Shown piece after piece: positions 6,952 through 15,567 of a stretch of 64,000 nt of DNA (the first letter of the stretch is position 1; every line of letters begins with the position of its first letter). Position numbers and translations under genes: made by a program. This DNA is from a candidate division WOR-3 bacterium (GTDB lineage Bacteria; Hydrothermota; Tepidihabitantia; SM23-42), in the NCBI GenBank assembly GCA_027026255.1, contig JALVOT010000014.1, positions 23,986-87,985 on the forward strand. The letters run 5' to 3'. The notes below the pieces were generated by a model. That model was not told the DNA's origin. It saw only the letters and a program-made list of their open reading frames with translations, and made no database searches.

Positions 6952-9900
6952 TTAGCTTAAGCCCCTGGGAATAGGAAGAATTTCTTTTTCCTCTTTTTTG
7001 GTGGGTTCAGACGGTTTTCGCCACCAGGCTGGTGGAAACATATTTTTATAGTAATCATCGTTCCACATTTCATCGAGTTCCTCGATTGGTAATTTATTAT
7101 AACCACGAGGAGGATAAACGATATTCTTCGGATGATGTATATTCTCAAAAGCAGGCTGCCTTTCTTTATGTTTTTCTGGTTGAGGTAGATTAGGTTCGTT
7201 CGGATAGAAAGATGATTTGGGGATAATCTGTTCTAATGATTCGATGAAGTTCTCGCCAAGAATTATGTATCCAGACAATTGGAGTATAATACCTACGTAA
7301 TGTGTTATGGGGTGAGGGTACGCTTCAAGCATTACTCCCAAATTAATTAATTCTATTTCAAGCTGTGAGCCTTTCACAGTTTCTAACGCTTGACTGCCCA
7401 AATTTTTTGTTGTATTATAGAACACTTTTATTTTTGTTTCAATATTTGCTTCAGAATTTTCAAAAAATAGATTCAACCCTGATTCATGGCCAATGAATTC
7501 GTAATAATCGTTTGGCGACATAAAGAGAGGTACCTGCAGCCCCAATGGGTCGGTAAACCTTAAGGGGTTATTGACACAATAGGCATAACGGTTCTGGGAT
7601 TGAGGAACTTCAATATAACCACCAAAGGGATCAAGAGACAAAAACCTTCCGATCTCTGCCTCATAATACCGCTGGCAGAAGTAGTTAAGATTGTTTTCAT
7701 CAAATTCCTTGCCGGTGAAGGTATGGGTGTTATCAGCAGTACCTGATTTTGTTATTTCACCGAATGGATAATAATATGCAGTCCAGACCACTGAACCCGA
7801 TTCATCGGTCATCTTCCTTGATGAACCTAAAACATCACAATGATAAAAGGTGGTATCTGCACCATCAATCCTTGCAATATGTAATCCACCGGCATAGACA
7901 TACCTTGCCAGTATTGAACCATCCGGGGAATATTCAATAAGCGGATTTATACCGTCATAAACATAGTAAATCGTATAGTCAGTTGTTGTATTAATTCCGG
8001 ATGTAGTTATCTCACCATAGCCGTTGATTTCACCACCGAATGTTTTATTGGTGCCGGGAAAGACATCAACTGCATTTGAACCACCCTGATGCAGGGTATC
8101 AACATTCACAGGTAAACCAGGGTCAAAGGTTGAGATGGTCCACCGCAGGGGACCATAATGATTTAATAACTGTTTGGAGATCTTTATCTGGATACTGCCA
8201 TCAGGACCAATAATCCGTTCCACTGTCATACCAGAGGGCATTACAGTCTTTGTGCCGTCTGCCCTGTAAAAACCGTATTCTCCATCGTCTATATATAGAC
8301 AGTATTCCCAGGCAGCATTTTTTGGCACCTTTGTCTTCATATCTTCTGGTAAGGTAATTCTACCCGAATTTGGAATCGTGTCAAGGTCTAAGGTGATAAA
8401 GAGCTTTAATCGGCTGACCTGGGCAAAGATATATCGGTTGACGACGGTAAAGATATAATACCGGGCGGTATTTTTTATGTAGACTTTTTCAATATCAAGT
8501 CCTTTATTATATACTGTATCCGGACCGGATGATTTGAATCCTAAGTCGTTTGCTGCATCAGTGAATAGGGTTCTTGAAGTTATCCCTGTGCCGGGAGTTA
8601 ATTTATGATAATGTTTTTTGACCCTGAGGCCGGAACTGTTATAGGCATAATCAATGGTTTCAGGACCTTTTTTATAATAGATTAGCCGATTATTCCAGTC
8701 ATAGGCAAATGAATCGACCAAACTGCCTGAGGAATTGTTGCGTTTAATAATATTACCATTGTCATCATAATAATACTCATAATCTCTGTGGTCGGTTTTT
8801 AGCCGGTTGGTATTTGACCAGTATGAATATGAGTTACCATTTTTTGCAGTGCGGTTTCCTGTTTTGTCATAGCTGAATGATTGGATACCTGCTAATTGGG
8901 TGACCGCGGTGAGTCGATTCAGGGCATCATAGGTAAAGGTCTGGGTGTATCTGCTGTTAAGATAGTCGGTAATTGAATGGATATTGCTGTTATCTTCGTA
9001 AGAATAACCGAGTTTTAGAATATCACCGGTTTTATAAGCCCTCACCAGGATTGGACGAAGCCGGGAATCATAGGTTATTGTATCCACTACCCCGTTATCA
9101 TAACTTAGCTTTACAATCTGACCTGCAGGATTATATTTAAAGGTTGTTAAAAGACCGGGGACGGATTTTATCTGGCCGAGTCTATTGTATCGGTATTTTA
9201 TTTTGTCGTCTGTTGATAAATAGATCAGGATGCACTGGTTCGCATAATTAAAATTATAGGTAAACGATTTTTCACCACTCAGACCTACAATATTAACCCT
9301 TTTGAGTCCTAATCTGCCTCGATCATCATAGTAGTATGTTATTGAATCTATTCCGCAGGTAACAACTTTACTCAGTCGACCCGTAGGATTAGCCAGTTCA
9401 TAAGGAGTTGGTCCTCCGGTCGTAATATCATAGGTCAGTCTGACTTTATCTGCCCAGGTGGAGCCATTATCGGTTGAAAGTTCTATTTTGGTCAAACGGT
9501 TGATATTATCATAGGTATACCGAACCCATCCATTCGGGTCTTTTTTTAGCGTTAAATTTCCCAGGTCATTATATTCATCATAGAGCACATCAACTGGGTT
9601 ACCATTGTAATAATATGAAGATGTTGCATCCGGACCATCCACACCACGCAATCTGCCAAGGGTATCATAATAGTATTTTGTCACCCTCCCTTCGGCATCG
9701 GTCACTTTTGTCAATCTGCCGAGGGTATCATATTGATAACAGGTGCGGTTATTATTGGCATCAATGATTGTATCAATTGCGCCGTAGGCATTATAAATAT
9801 GGATGGTTTTATTACCCTTTTCATCAATGATGGTGTCGGTATTGGCATAGTATTTTACCTGAGAATATTTACCATCAGGATGGGTTATTTTTATAATGCG

Positions 9901-10257
9901 TCCCAGAGCATCATACTCATAGGTGGTAATTTGAGACCAGGAAGGTGAACTATAACTGTATGATGTACCGAAGATTGTATAGGGGTTACAAACTGAATCT
10001 TTTTTACTGTTTTTATTATAAGAAATATTCCGGATAATCGTCCGGGCGTTATCAAAATCAAATTTTTTGGTTTGAATCAGTTTACCAAATCCATCATAGA
10101 AGTTTTTACTTACTATCCAGTATGTAGCCCCAGCTTCGTCGATGAAGTCTATTTTTATCGAATCAATAACTGCAGATGGAATTTCAAAGTCTTTATAGGT
10201 AATTCTCCGGGATGCTGAAGATTCATTGGGCTGGAAGGTTTTTATTAATCGGCTCAT
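6952..10257 (-). CDS. Rhs/YD-repeat protein with C-terminal polymorphic toxin domain of unrecognised family
   Basis: 1101 aa with many YD repeats (YDALGRII, YDTLGRLT, YDALNRLT). Rhs core end FYHCDVLGSSRKM...YAYCVNNPLRFTDPLGLQ, then about 210 aa unique C-terminus ending in a Pro/Lys-rich tail. No signal peptide or PAAR-like N-terminus visible. Confidence 0.85.
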   Translation of the reverse strand: MSRLIKTFQPNESSASRRITYKDFEIPSAVIDSIKIDFIDEAGATYWIVSKNFYDGFGKLIQTKKFDFDNARTIIRNISYNKNSKKDSVCNPYTIFGTSYSYSSPSWSQITTYEYDALGRIIKITHPDGKYSQVKYYANTDTIIDEKGNKTIHIYNAYGAIDTIIDANNNRTCYQYDTLGRLTKVTDAEGRVTKYYYDTLGRLRGVDGPDATSSYYYNGNPVDVLYDEYNDLGNLTLKKDPNGWVRYTYDNINRLTKIELSTDNGSTWADKVRLTYDITTGGPTPYELANPTGRLSKVVTCGIDSITYYYDDRGRLGLKRVNIVGLSGEKSFTYNFNYANQCILIYLSTDDKIKYRYNRLGQIKSVPGLLTTFKYNPAGQIVKLSYDNGVVDTITYDSRLRPILVRAYKTGDILKLGYSYEDNSNIHSITDYLNSRYTQTFTYDALNRLTAVTQLAGIQSFSYDKTGNRTAKNGNSYSYWSNTNRLKTDHRDYEYYYDDNGNIIKRNNSSGSLVDSFAYDWNNRLIYYKKGPETIDYAYNSSGLRVKKHYHKLTPGTGITSRTLFTDAANDLGFKSSGPDTVYNKGLDIEKVYIKNTARYYIFTVVNRYIFAQVSRLKLFITLDLDTIPNSGRITLPEDMKTKVPKNAAWEYCLYIDDGEYGFYRADGTKTVMPSGMTVERIIGPDGSIQIKISKQLLNHYGPLRWTISTFDPGLPVNVDTLHQGGSNAVDVFPGTNKTFGGEINGYGEITTSGINTTTDYTIYYVYDGINPLIEYSPDGSILARYVYAGGLHIARIDGADTTFYHCDVLGSSRKMTDESGSVVWTAYYYPFGEITKSGTADNTHTFTGKEFDENNLNYFCQRYYEAEIGRFLSLDPFGGYIEVPQSQNRYAYCVNNPLRFTDPLGLQVPLFMSPNDYYEFIGHESGLNLFFENSEANIETKIKVFYNTTKNLGSQALETVKGSQLEIELINLGVMLEAYPHPITHYVGIILQLSGYIILGENFIESLEQIIPKSSFYPNEPNLPQPEKHKERQPAFENIHHPKNIVYPPRGYNKLPIEELDEMWNDDYYKNMFPPAWWRKPSEPTKKEEKEILPIPRGLS
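7547..7712 (-). repeat. Rhs core 3'-end segment repeated at 5612-5762 (master copy)
   Basis: See 5612-5762. Confidence 0.8.
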
Positions 10258-10260
10258 AAT

Positions 10261-10288
10261 AGATTACCCGGAACTTTAAGGATGTAAA
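10261..10288 (-). promoter_or_regulatory. Possible promoter of the Rhs gene (TTTACA, 16 bp, TAATCT, 3 nt before ATG)
   Basis: Correct spacing but a weaker -10 than the other promoters in this window. Confidence 0.3.
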
Positions 10289-10464
10289 TGTGTGGGATGT
10301 ACTGAGGGCGATTGGCATTCAAAGTGCAGTAAATATCGTTGTTGATAAGAATTTTGAGGGTAGTATTACAGTTTATCTGGGAAAGGTTACTTCAGAACAG
10401 GGATTGAAGAAGCTGCTTGAGGCAAACGGTTTTCTCCGAAGAAAAAAGAGAATTATTTTTTTGT
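10263..10464 (+). pseudogene. Gene fragment with secretin-N/STN-like motif; no canonical start, runs into stops
   Basis: Frame reads ..NFKDVNVWDVLRAIGIQSAVNIVVDKNFEGSITVYLGKVTSEQGLKKLLEANGFLRRKKRIIFL*, resembling the N-terminal domain motif of secretins and TonB-dependent receptors (DVLRAL...NIVVD...G.VT..L......AL..LL.ANGL). Only about 60 codons. Confidence 0.3.
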
Positions 10465-10652
10465 AAAGAAAAGATTAAAAGAACGATTAAAAAAGTTTAC
10501 AGCCGCTGATGGTAAACTCGGTTTGAATGTGAAGAATGCATCGAGAGATGAAAATTATTTCCGGTATCGGATCGGGGTTTGCATCTGAACTTTCCATCCT
10601 CCAGATTTTGTTTTTTTAACTCAGGATAAAAATTCACTGCTCCACTTATTGC

Positions 10653-10680
10653 TTGATTTAAAGAAAATTATATGTATAAT
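10653..10680 (+). promoter_or_regulatory. sigma70-type promoter (TTGATT, 16 bp, TATAAT) with 21-nt leader and AAGGAGG for the Yip1 gene
   Basis: Boxes and SD read directly upstream of ATG 10702. Confidence 0.5.
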
Positions 10681-10701
10681 AAAATACTAAGGAGGTAGAG
10701 T

Positions 10702-11259
10702 ATGTTAGAAAAGATTAAAGCAATACTATTTCAACCCAAAGAGACCTGGCCCAAGATTAAGGCCGATGGTGAGAATTTCGGTGAGGTCCTAACCAGGTAT
10801 GCGGTGCCTCTGGCAGCAATCCCTGCTTTTTTTGGTCTACTCGGTCATTCAATATTCTTCCGGATATTCTTCGGTTTTTCATTAATCTGGGCGATTGTCT
10901 ATTATATACTGATACTTATTGGACTCTATGTTGAGGGTATTGTGATTAACGCCCTTGCTCCTTCATTCGGTTCAAGACAGGATTCAACTGATGCATTCAA
11001 ACTTGCGGTCTATGCCTATACCCCGGTTTTTGTCGCCGGTATATTGAACATCTTCCCTATGTTGGGGATCCTGGCTTTCCTCATTTCTCTTTATGGATTG
11101 TATCTTTTATACCTGGGTCTGCCGGTTATGATGGAGACACCAAAGGAAAAGGTCATCGGTTATCTTGTGGTGACTATTATCGTTCTGATAATCATATATT
11201 TTATAATCGGCGCAATTTCCACGGCAATTCTTTCTATCTTCTGGAGGCCGCTCTTTTAA
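10702..11259 (+). CDS. Yip1-family membrane protein
   Basis: 185 aa, 5 TM, layout typical of Yip1/DUF1282 proteins; strong SD. Confidence 0.6.
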   Translation: MLEKIKAILFQPKETWPKIKADGENFGEVLTRYAVPLAAIPAFFGLLGHSIFFRIFFGFSLIWAIVYYILILIGLYVEGIVINALAPSFGSRQDSTDAFKLAVYAYTPVFVAGILNIFPMLGILAFLISLYGLYLLYLGLPVMMETPKEKVIGYLVVTIIVLIIIYFIIGAISTAILSIFWRPLF

Positions 11260-11269
11260 ATAGATAATT

Positions 11270-12208
11270 TTATTCTAATACAATTCTGGTTCCGGTCTGA
11301 CCAAGGATTGCCTGGCGTGCCTTGTCAAGGGATGTAATAATAACTTCTTTACCACCCTTTTCTAAAAAAGATATTGCTGATTCAATCTTGGGACCCATAT
11401 TACCCGGGGGGAAATGTCCTTCCTGTAAATATCTCTTCGCCTCAGAAACAGTCAGATTACGCAGCATTTTCTGGTCTGGTTTATTATAGTTCAGGTAAAT
11501 ATATTCAACATTGGTCAGGATTAAAAGGGTTTGAGCCTGAATATCAAAAGCAAGCACTGCCGAGGCACGGTCCTTATCAATTACTGCATCAACTCCTTCA
11601 TATGTTCCATCATTTTCTATATATACCGGGATACCACCACCACCGGCGGCGATAACAATAGTTCCTTCATCAACCAGTTCTCGAATGATACGTCGATTTA
11701 CAATCTTTATGGGTCGGGGTGAGGGCACGACCCGACGATAGCCTTTTCCTGAATCATCTTTTATCACCCAGTTGAATACCTTGGCAAGTTTTTCTGCCTG
11801 GTTTTTTGTATAGAATGGGCCAATAAATTTTGTTGGATTAATAATTGAAGGGTCGTCAGGGTCAACAATCACCTGAGTGACGATTGTAATTACATCCCTT
11901 TTAATACCCATCTGCATTAGTTTATTCTGAAGGCTCTGTTCAATCATATACCCCATACCGCCTTCAGTATCAGCAACAATCACACCCAGGGGCAGAACAG
12001 GAATGTCATGGGCGGTTCTTTCCACGCGCAAAAGGGCATTGCCCACCTGCGGTCCATTACCATGGGTAACGGCGAGGTTATAGCCTTCCTGGATTAATTC
12101 AACAATGCCCATCAATGCCTTTCTTGTATTGGCGAATTGTTCATGAATATTTTCTTTGCCGGTCTGGGCGATGGCATTTCCGCCCAGGGCAACGACTGCC
12201 TTCTTCAT
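11270..12208 (-). CDS. arcC: Carbamate kinase
   Basis: 312 aa; MKKAVVALGGNAI...VTHGNGPQVG...IAAGGGGIPV motifs of the carbamate kinase family. Confidence 0.85.
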   Translation of the reverse strand: MKKAVVALGGNAIAQTGKENIHEQFANTRKALMGIVELIQEGYNLAVTHGNGPQVGNALLRVERTAHDIPVLPLGVIVADTEGGMGYMIEQSLQNKLMQMGIKRDVITIVTQVIVDPDDPSIINPTKFIGPFYTKNQAEKLAKVFNWVIKDDSGKGYRRVVPSPRPIKIVNRRIIRELVDEGTIVIAAGGGGIPVYIENDGTYEGVDAVIDKDRASAVLAFDIQAQTLLILTNVEYIYLNYNKPDQKMLRNLTVSEAKRYLQEGHFPPGNMGPKIESAISFLEKGGKEVIITSLDKARQAILGQTGTRIVLE

Positions 12209-12213
12209 TTTGA

Positions 12214-12241
12214 ATTATAAATATAAACCGATAAAAGTCAA
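12214..12241 (-). promoter_or_regulatory. Leaderless sigma70-type promoter for arcC (TTGACT, 16 bp, TATAAT, 5 nt to ATG)
   Basis: -35 at 12236-12241, -10 at 12214-12219 on the minus strand. Confidence 0.55.
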
Positions 12242-12260
12242 GATTTTTGTGCGATCGACT

Positions 12261-14018
12261 TTACATTTTACGCCGTCCCTGAAATGTAAAGTTCTCATCA
12301 AGCCATCGCTTTACGGTCCGGGCAGATTCATATTTTTTTATTGCATTGAGATAGATATAGTTTTGCTGCGTCATTTTTTTGACCACCTCAAGGTTGAATT
12401 TCACCCTTGGATCATTTATTATCGGCGGTATTCTGATTTTCAGTTTATTGAAATTAAACGGTTGATATCCTGTAGTATCCTTTTTTATTTCGTAACAGAG
12501 ACCCCGGGGAACAGCGTGGTATGGTTTCAAGACAAAGGCAATATCATAATCAGGAAACGGCACGGCTAAGAATACACCATTGTCAAGTCGGGACCTGGTC
12601 ATAGCATTTAATAGATTGATGAATTTTTTCTGAATCAAAACAGGGTCATACTGAAGTCCATATTCAAATTTTCTCAATTCAACAAGATAGTCTTCAGTCT
12701 CTTTTTTTATCTGATTATAAAACTTTGGATATTCATTCTTGAGATATTTGATATACCAGGTTCGACGCAAAAGTTCTTTATCAACAACAATGAGGTCAGG
12801 TCTTATATTTTTTACTTTTCTCAAGTACATTATCGGTGAATAAATATCCCAGTAGGTAGTGATCAGCAAGCTGTTTTCTGGTAATTGCGAAATATGAGCG
12901 GCGCCGAATTGAAGCCCGAAGTGGTTATTTCTCAGGGTGCAGGATGCATAGTTCACGATGGGAAATATCGCGGCGATAATAAAAACAATCAGGGGTTTCA
13001 GATGGCGCGATAATAATTTTAAGCCGTATGCAGAGACAATGATTAAACCGACAAATCCTGGAATGTAATAGGATTCAATATCAGGAATTGAATAATTTAT
13101 TGCATAGAAGAGATTTAAGAGGATAGTAATTATAAAGAGCCAGAACTCTTTTCTTTTTTTAATGTATAGTGTGTAAAAACCCAGAATCGGAATTGGAATC
13201 AATACAAATAAAAAACCACGGGAGATTATTTTGAGTCCATTTAAAAGATTATTCAGTATCTCTTTAACTGATAAAGAAAACATCCATACTTGATACTGTT
13301 TGCCCGTAATATGCCAGAAAAGTCTTTGAAGATTATGTGTATTACCCCAGGCGATTTCTGCCCCGGCATTGGTTCTGATTAAAAGATAGAGATAAGGGCT
13401 TATGCCGATAAAAAAGAGGATGGATCCTGAGATGATTTTTTTTAGTCCCGGTCGCCAGGTAATTATGGTGTATAATAAGACCGGTATGGAGAGGGCAAAG
13501 ATTATAATGTGGTTTGTAAAGCTCAGGCCGATTAGATACATTATTATATAAAATGTGCGGTCGGTTTTTTCCTGATTGAGGGTATAAAAAATCAAGGTTG
13601 CAAAAAGAAGGGTGAAGGAATAGACCTCATTGGTTATCGCAATGCGCCAGACAATTGGTGCAAAGGCAAATAACGAAGTGATGATTACAGGGTGGATTTG
13701 ATTTCCAAGGATTTTTTGGGAAATTTTGTAGATAAAAAAGACTGAGATGATTGAGAAGAGAGCCGAGAGGAGGTTAAGTCCAATTATCGGTTCAGGAAAA
13801 AGATGGGCGAATGGATACGAAATGATTGTATATAATGGATAGCCAGTAGGATGGGCGATACCAAGGCAGCAGCTGACTGTGGCGAGTTCTCCGGAATCAA
13901 TCGTATAAACAGTCGGGCAGAGCGAGTAAAGATATATCAGAAAGGCAGCGCAGATAAATATAATTTCCGGAAGAAAATATTTTAATTTAATGATGACCTT
14001 TGCTGGATGGGTGCAGCC
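12261..14018 (-). CDS. DUF2723-like polytopic membrane protein (glycosyltransferase-C fold-like); 5' end anomalous, no canonical start before TTG at 13595
   Basis: ORF track gives 12261-13595, but the frame stays open and coding-like up to a TAA at 14019-14021 (...KYFLPEIIFICAAFLIYLYSLCPTVYTIDSGELATVSCCLGIAHPTGYPLYTI...). This carries the DSGEL / HPTGYPLY block I recall as the conserved N-terminal region of DUF2723 proteins. Confidence 0.5.
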   Translation of the reverse strand, partial: GCTHPAKVIIKLKYFLPEIIFICAAFLIYLYSLCPTVYTIDSGELATVSCCLGIAHPTGYPLYTIISYPFAHLFPEPIIGLNLLSALFSIISVFFIYKISQKILGNQIHPVIITSLFAFAPIVWRIAITNEVYSFTLLFATLIFYTLNQEKTDRTFYIIMYLIGLSFTNHIIIFALSIPVLLYTIITWRPGLKKIISGSILFFIGISPYLYLLIRTNAGAEIAWGNTHNLQRLFWHITGKQYQVWMFSLSVKEILNNLLNGLKIISRGFLFVLIPIPILGFYTLYIKKRKEFWLFIITILLNLFYAINYSIPDIESYYIPGFVGLIIVSAYGLKLLSRHLKPLIVFIIAAIFPIVNYASCTLRNNHFGLQFGAAHISQLPENSLLITTYWDIYSPIMYLRKVKNIRPDLIVVDKELLRRTWYIKYLKNEYPKFYNQIKKETEDYLVELRKFEYGLQYDPVLIQKKFINLLNAMTRSRLDNGVFLAVPFPDYDIAFVLKPYHAVPRGLCYEIKKDTTGYQPFNFNKLKIRIPPIINDPRVKFNLEVVKKMTQQNYIYLNAIKKYESARTVKRWLDENFTFQGRRKM

Positions 14019-14309
14019 TTACTCTTTCCGGGCGAAATTCAGGCGCAGGTTTGTTAACCGTGTCTGGATATCTTTTTTCTCCGCCGTGTCGAGTTCCGGT
14101 TCAATTATCTTGAACAGGGCATCGATTGAATCGATTGCAAGTCGTGCCTGTTTCAGGTCTTTGGTATGGCTCTGGGTTTCAGGATGGGCAACAAAATCCA
14201 TATAAGCCCAGGCCTTTGCCTCAAGCGAAAGGATATTCATTATCACCACCTCTTTTACCCGGATGGGCTTATCCAGCAATTTTTCTTTTTTTTCTTTCTT
14301 TTCAGCCAT
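14019..14309 (-). CDS. Hypothetical 96-aa Lys/Glu-rich protein; same frame as the DUF2723-like ORF, separated by one TAA
   Basis: ATG at 14307-14309 sits 6 nt after a perfect TTGACA, 16 bp, TATAAT promoter. Predicted helical and soluble, no recognised motif. Confidence 0.45.
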   Translation of the reverse strand: MAEKKEKKEKLLDKPIRVKEVVIMNILSLEAKAWAYMDFVAHPETQSHTKDLKQARLAIDSIDALFKIIEPELDTAEKKDIQTRLTNLRLNFARKE

Positions 14310-14315
14310 GGATGG

Positions 14316-14343
14316 ATTATATAAATTTATAAATTTTTGTCAA
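14316..14343 (-). promoter_or_regulatory. Leaderless sigma70-type promoter (TTGACA, 16 bp, TATAAT, 6 nt to ATG)
   Basis: -35 at 14338-14343, -10 at 14316-14321 on the minus strand. Confidence 0.55.
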
Positions 14344-14510
14344 TGCCTGATGTATCTGATTCCTCTTAACTTTTTGTCCTGATTTTTTGAGAAATATGTA
14401 AGTTACAGGGCAGTTCTTCTTTCATCCTTTATCCTGAATTTCCCCCCGCCTTTGCGGTTGTCGGTGATAATTCTATCATCATTATGAGCCTGTTTTAATT
14501 ATTTATCTTA

Positions 14511-14538
14511 TTGATTTTTTTCTGATTTCTTTTATAAT
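14511..14538 (+). promoter_or_regulatory. Leaderless sigma70-type promoter (TTGATT, 16 bp, TATAAT, 5 nt to GTG 14544) for the Nudix gene
   Basis: Boxes read directly; divergent from the promoter at 14316-14343. Confidence 0.5.
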
Positions 14539-14540
14539 CT

Positions 14541-14939
14541 TTGGTGAAGCAGGCGGTCGCAGTTGTGGTCAAAAAGGACGGCAGGTTCCTTTTAATCAGA
14601 CGGGCAAAAAATGATTCAGCACAGGATTATTGGTGTCCGGTAACCGGTGCGGTGGAGCCTGGAGAAAGTCAGGAACAGGCAGTGATACGCGAGGCAAAAG
14701 AAGAAGTTGGAATTGATGTGAAACCGATAAAAAAGGTCTGGGAATGTCCGACTGAGAATGAAGCGTATATATTACACTGGTGGTATGTAAAACTTATTAA
14801 TGAAGAGATAAAACCAAATCCTTTAGAGGTGCAGGATTATTGCTGGGTCAACTATAAGGAAATGGAGCATTTGGATAAGACCTTTAGTGCGGATTTAAGA
14901 TTCTTCAGAGAGTTTGGCTCAGATTTACCCGATTCTTAA
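14541..14939 (+). CDS. NUDIX hydrolase (TTG 14541 or GTG 14544 start)
   Basis: Nudix box GAVEPGESQEQAVIREAKEEVGI matches GX5EX7REUXEEXGU. Confidence 0.75.
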   Translation: MVKQAVAVVVKKDGRFLLIRRAKNDSAQDYWCPVTGAVEPGESQEQAVIREAKEEVGIDVKPIKKVWECPTENEAYILHWWYVKLINEEIKPNPLEVQDYCWVNYKEMEHLDKTFSADLRFFREFGSDLPDS

Positions 14940-15045
14940 GTTTTATTTAGAGCCGTTAACTGTAAACTGAATTTTATCTTTATTAGCGATATCGCCGGCA
15001 AATATTTCTTCGCTGCTTAACCAATAGCAATCGCAACAGGAAAAT

Positions 15046-15567
15046 TCAATTCAGATTCATTTTCAGGATTGGAAATTCAGGATGGTCGTGCTGAATCACG
15101 AATCCATTTTTCAGATAAAATTCTACTGGTCCGGCAGGATTATCTTCACTATTCTTTCGTGCGATGACCTGAACAGCAGTTATATTCCTCTCTTCTAAAT
15201 TTTCAAGCACTGAATTGAGAAGCACGGACCCAAATCCGGTTTCTCGATTGCGTTTTTTAAAGATAAATAAACAGGCAATTATGATTACATCAGGTTCCGG
15301 GATGACTGGATAGTTAATTAAATTGGGAAAGTATCGGGGTGGGGCATAGGTGGCATAACCGATAATTTTATCATCCACAGACAAGAGCCTTCCGCAGTCT
15401 CCAAATTCATTCCTTACATTTTTGAGCCATTCTTTTTTTATAGTTAGTAGATTATTATTTTCTTTACAATTTGCAATCTCGGGATGCTGCCAGTAAACAC
15501 AATGCTTACAACTTGATGAAACCGCATCTAATGTTTTTTCGGTCAGATTCAGAATCTGAATCTTCAA
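15046..15567 (-). CDS. GNAT-family N-acetyltransferase with N-terminal Cys pair
   Basis: 173 aa; acetyl-CoA motif A RNRETGFGSVLL; translationally adjacent to the SPFH gene (15567/15568). Confidence 0.55.
   Translation of the reverse strand: MKIQILNLTEKTLDAVSSSCKHCVYWQHPEIANCKENNNLLTIKKEWLKNVRNEFGDCGRLLSVDDKIIGYATYAPPRYFPNLINYPVIPEPDVIIIACLFIFKKRNRETGFGSVLLNSVLENLEERNITAVQVIARKNSEDNPAGPVEFYLKNGFVIQHDHPEFPILKMNLN

Noticed and set aside
14940-15045. Possible terminator in the convergent Nudix/GNAT gap (palindrome GCGATATCGC)
   Set aside because: The perfect 10-bp palindrome has no loop and no following T-run; not a convincing intrinsic terminator.
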